NCBI GenBank assembly: GCA_026387175.1
Contig: JAPLME010000011.1
Coordinates: 129,856 to 193,855, forward strand
Direction of reading: 5' to 3'
Source of the DNA: Candidatus Omnitrophota bacterium
GTDB lineage: Bacteria > Omnitrophota > Gorgyraeia > 2-01-FULL-45-10
Length of the DNA stretch: 64,000 nt
This document shows, one piece after another, positions 60,877 to 64,000 of this stretch (its first letter is position 1; each line of letters starts with the position of its first letter). A program made the translations under genes and the position numbers. The notes below the pieces were generated by a model. The model saw nothing but the letters and a program-made list of their open reading frames with translations. It was not told the DNA's origin and ran no database searches.

Positions 60877-61158
60877 ATGCTTAAAGAGCATGGCAGTTTC
60901 ATATGGGATCCGAGGAAGGAAAGAGTGAATGTTTATAAGCACCGCATAGATTTTATTACCGCAGCCAAGGCATTTGAGGACCCAAAGAGAAAGATATTTA
61001 TCGATTCTAAACATAGCGAACGTGAAGATAGATATTTCTGTATAGGGAAAGTAGGCGATAGAATCATAACCATACGATTTACATATCGAAACGGTAAGAT
61101 CAGGATGATCGGTGCGGGTTACTGGAGAAAGGGGATAAGATATTATGAGAAAACATAA
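60877..61158 (+). CDS. brnT: BrnT family toxin
   Basis: FIWDPRK...N..KH.IDF..A, HSEREDRY..IG, RFTYR..KIR.I.A. Confidence 0.9.
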   Translation: MLKEHGSFIWDPRKERVNVYKHRIDFITAAKAFEDPKRKIFIDSKHSEREDRYFCIGKVGDRIITIRFTYRNGKIRMIGAGYWRKGIRYYEKT

Positions 61159-61375
61159 GACAGATCAGGATATGCCGATAGGCGAGTTAAAGAGAGTAGA
61201 TGATTTCTTGCCGCCGCCTAAAGAATTGGCTGTTCCGGAACAGACCATTATGGTCACTTTGCGGCTAAGCGAGAAGAGCGTTGACTTCTTCAAACAGCAA
61301 GCTAAGAGGTATAACACCAAGTATCAGAAGATGCTGAGGTTCCTGGTGGACAAATATGTGGAACGATATACATAA
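61145..61375 (+). CDS. BrnA/CopG-like antitoxin
   Basis: DFLPPP, VTLRLS...VDFFK, YQKM; overlaps brnT. Confidence 0.85.
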   Translation: MRKHKTDQDMPIGELKRVDDFLPPPKELAVPEQTIMVTLRLSEKSVDFFKQQAKRYNTKYQKMLRFLVDKYVERYT

Positions 61376-61435
61376 ATGGGATTGTCGCAGGGACGGGTCT
61401 GGGTTATAATAAAGAATAAGAAAAAGGAGCTGCCT

Positions 61436-61936
61436 ATGAAAAGAAGCGTGTTTTTAGTGTTTGTATTCTGTCTTATCTTGATCATGCCGGCGTTTTCTAG
61501 TGAGCAAGCAGATACGGCGAAAGAGGAGATAAAAGCAACGATCTGCGAACTAATGAATAGAGTTACTAGTACAGCGGAGACGCTCGATGCGGCAAAGACC
61601 CTTTCGGTCTTGAGCGACGACCCGGACGCGGTCTTCTTTTTTGGCTCAAAACCGTACAGCAAGGCGGAGCTGGTGAGGACCCTCGCCGAGGCCTATGGTA
61701 AGCTCAAGTCCATGAAGATCAGTATGAACGCGCCCAAAGTGGAGGTGCTGGGAGCTGACGCCGCCGTATGGACCGCTACAGGCAGGGCAGACTCTGTCGG
61801 TAAATCCGGCGAGAGCTATACGGAAATGCTTACTGAAACCTGGATTTGGCAGAAGCAGTCCGGCATATGGCGTGTAGTTCATTACAATGAGTCGGTGACC
61901 GTTCCCCCTTTGACGCCCAAAAATAGTGATAAGTAA
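61436..61936 (+). CDS. Exported NTF2/SnoaL-like protein
   Basis: AAGGAG RBS, signal peptide, TWIWQK..G.WRVVH. Confidence 0.75.
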   Translation: MKRSVFLVFVFCLILIMPAFSSEQADTAKEEIKATICELMNRVTSTAETLDAAKTLSVLSDDPDAVFFFGSKPYSKAELVRTLAEAYGKLKSMKISMNAPKVEVLGADAAVWTATGRADSVGKSGESYTEMLTETWIWQKQSGIWRVVHYNESVTVPPLTPKNSDK

Positions 61937-61960
61937 ACTTGGATCCGCTTAGGAGTATCG

Positions 61961-62767
61961 ATGCCAGATAAGACGATCGTAGACCCGGGGCTGTATTCAA
62001 AAGATTATTTTTTGACCGATAATGAGGGTTTTAATGAATGGACTAAAGGCCTCGACAGCAACATCCATGATAAATTCAAAAAAGCCCTAAAATACGGAAA
62101 CCCAAAGAGAGGCGACGCTATACTGGATTTGGGATGCGGCCGCGGCGAATTGATTTACTACTGCGCTAAGCGAGGCGCTAAAATTCTGGGTATCGATTAT
62201 AGCGCAGAGGGCATAGCACTGGCGAGAGAGGTTATACTCAGACTTCCGCCCGACTTGCGCAAACTGGCCCAGGCCGAAGTGGGCGATATAGGAACATTTG
62301 ATTTTAAGGATAAATATGATATTGTATTCATGATCGAAGTTGCCGAACATATGCATGACTGGCAGCTAAAAGAAGCGTTTAAAAGAATACGCAGTATATT
62401 GAAAGATAACGGCCGCCTGATAATGATGACCCCTAATTATTATTATGAAAAATTCCTTTCTCCATTAAAAAGAATAGTGGATATCCCTTCAAATTTAATA
62501 AAATGGCCTCTGAGGATAATAAGAGGAAAGTATAAAAATGGCAGCGCATGGGCGGGTTTTAAAAAAATATTCAGGATAGCTCCCGACAGGGGAGAGCTTA
62601 ACAAGAAAATGCATGTCAATATTACTACGCCCGGCATGCTGCGTAAATTATTGAGTGATTTCGATGTCCAAATAGAATGTATCGATCCTTCCGTTAATCC
62701 CATGAGCCTTATCGCTAAAAAATGGTGCGGCAGAGAGATCGTTGTGATAGCGAGAAAGAAGCAATGA
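61961..62767 (+). CDS. Class I SAM-dependent methyltransferase
   Basis: ILDLGCGRG, GIDYS, EVAEH, LKDNG...TPN. Confidence 0.9.
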   Translation: MPDKTIVDPGLYSKDYFLTDNEGFNEWTKGLDSNIHDKFKKALKYGNPKRGDAILDLGCGRGELIYYCAKRGAKILGIDYSAEGIALAREVILRLPPDLRKLAQAEVGDIGTFDFKDKYDIVFMIEVAEHMHDWQLKEAFKRIRSILKDNGRLIMMTPNYYYEKFLSPLKRIVDIPSNLIKWPLRIIRGKYKNGSAWAGFKKIFRIAPDRGELNKKMHVNITTPGMLRKLLSDFDVQIECIDPSVNPMSLIAKKWCGREIVVIARKKQ

Positions 62768-62786
62768 CGCATAAGGAACCGGCGTT

Positions 62787-63893
62787 ATGAGTAAAAAACA
62801 GGCGGAGAGCGCGTTAAGAGAGAGTGAAAAGAAGTATCGCCGGCTCGTCGAGGGCGTTAACAGCATCATCCTGCGCATGGACACGGAAGGCAGGGTGACC
62901 TTTTTAAATAAGTTCGCGCAAAAATTTTTCGGATATAAGAAGAGCGAGATAATGGGCAAAAGCGTGATCGGGACGATAACGCCTGTTACGGACAGCGCCG
63001 GGCGCGATCTTAAGGCGATGATAAGCGATATCATGCTCAATCCCGCGAAGTACGTCAGCAATGAGAATGAGAACATGCTGCGCGGCGGCCGGCGGGTGTG
63101 GATATCCTGGACTAACAGCGCTGTCCTCGATAAAGATGATCGCCCGACAGAGATACTCTGCGTCGGCAACGATATCAGCGCGATAAAGAAAGCGCAGGAA
63201 CTCTTAAAGGAGATGGACGATAGAAAGTCGGCCTTTGTCGCCAATGTGGCCCACGAGTTCAAAAACCCTCTATGCATCATGAAGGAGTCGCTGACCATTC
63301 TCATTAAAGGCATGGCCGGAGAGGTCGGGCCGAAGCAGAAAGAGATACTCGAGATAACGAGGCGGAATACATTCCGGCTCATCAGGCTGGTGACCGATCT
63401 CCTGGATATCGCGAAGATCGAAGCGGGGAAGATGAAGCTGAATAAAGAGGATGTGGATGTGGGTTCGTTAATAGATGAGATAGCGGTGGACAATAGTGCC
63501 GATATTTCCAAAAAGAAACTTACCCTGAAAAAAGATATCTCGAAAACCGCGGGCCTTATCCGGGCCGATAAAGACAGGCTGACGGAAGTCGTTATCAACC
63601 TTTTGAGCAATGCCGTAAAATATACGCCCTCCGGAGGCAGTATAACCGTTAAGCTTTCAGGGACAGGAAAAGAGATACGGTTCGAGATATCCGATACCGG
63701 GCCGGGCATCGCGAAGAAAGATTTTAATAAATTATTCGATAAATTCGAGCGTATTACCGCGGAAAGGCAGGAAGGTACGGGTCTGGGGCTTTCCATAGCC
63801 AAAGATATCATAAAACTGCACAAAGGAAAGATCTGGGTCCAGAGTGAAGTCGGTAAAGGCAGCAAATTTATTTTCACTCTGCCCAGGAACTGA
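62787..63893 (+). CDS. Cytoplasmic PAS sensor histidine kinase
   Basis: PAS domain, AHEFKNPL H-box, NLLSNAVKY, DTGPGI, GTGLGL. Confidence 0.94.
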   Translation: MSKKQAESALRESEKKYRRLVEGVNSIILRMDTEGRVTFLNKFAQKFFGYKKSEIMGKSVIGTITPVTDSAGRDLKAMISDIMLNPAKYVSNENENMLRGGRRVWISWTNSAVLDKDDRPTEILCVGNDISAIKKAQELLKEMDDRKSAFVANVAHEFKNPLCIMKESLTILIKGMAGEVGPKQKEILEITRRNTFRLIRLVTDLLDIAKIEAGKMKLNKEDVDVGSLIDEIAVDNSADISKKKLTLKKDISKTAGLIRADKDRLTEVVINLLSNAVKYTPSGGSITVKLSGTGKEIRFEISDTGPGIAKKDFNKLFDKFERITAERQEGTGLGLSIAKDIIKLHKGKIWVQSEVGKGSKFIFTLPRN

Positions 63894-63932
63894 TTCGGGT
63901 TATAATACAAGTAACTTGCGAAGGAGGCCTTA

Positions 63933-64000
63933 ATGCCGCTGGTTCAGAGAATATTGTTATACGTGCACATAATCCCTTTGGGCGCGATTATGGTTTTTCT
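63933..64000 (+). CDS. Partial CDS (hydrophobic N-terminus), cut by the window edge
   Basis: AAGGAGG RBS then ATG; MPLVQRILLYVHIIPLGAIMVF. Confidence 0.55.
   Translation, partial: MPLVQRILLYVHIIPLGAIMVF

Noticed and set aside
60877-61375. BrnT/BrnA as a novel system
   Set aside because: Ordinary type II toxin-antitoxin pair.

Overview
Bacterial, diderm, probably anaerobic genome segment. Gene content (Mrp-linked group 4 hydrogenase, multi-kb secreted mosaic proteins, a 12.5 kb giant gene) suggests Omnitrophota/PVC; this assignment is inference. Housekeeping content: hypE, a 15-gene membrane-bound [NiFe]-hydrogenase/Mrp operon headed by a sulfhydrogenase-type NAD(P)H module, pabB/pabC, a TonB receptor, gnnA-like/lpxB/msbA, rpsB-tsf-pyrH-frr-tRNA-Lys, an ABC/prenyl-quinone/NDH-2 cluster, a short pyk, TPP riboswitch-thi4, and a BrnT/BrnA TA pair. 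Unexplained content: (1) three large exported proteins share an N-terminal signal. Two of them also share a C-terminal helix ending in SA/AA but carry unrelated cytoplasmic enzyme cargo, which looks like an effector family. (2) The 4179-aa giant protein contains a C39-like domain followed by its own double-glycine-type cleavage motif, a hydrophobic region and a C-terminal lipase-like domain, with a candidate immunity gene downstream. (3) Several unnamed structured nucleic-acid elements occur, notably an inverted pair with covarying stems and a conserved potential pseudoknot at 1324-1856. All calls come from reading motifs by eye; no searches were run.
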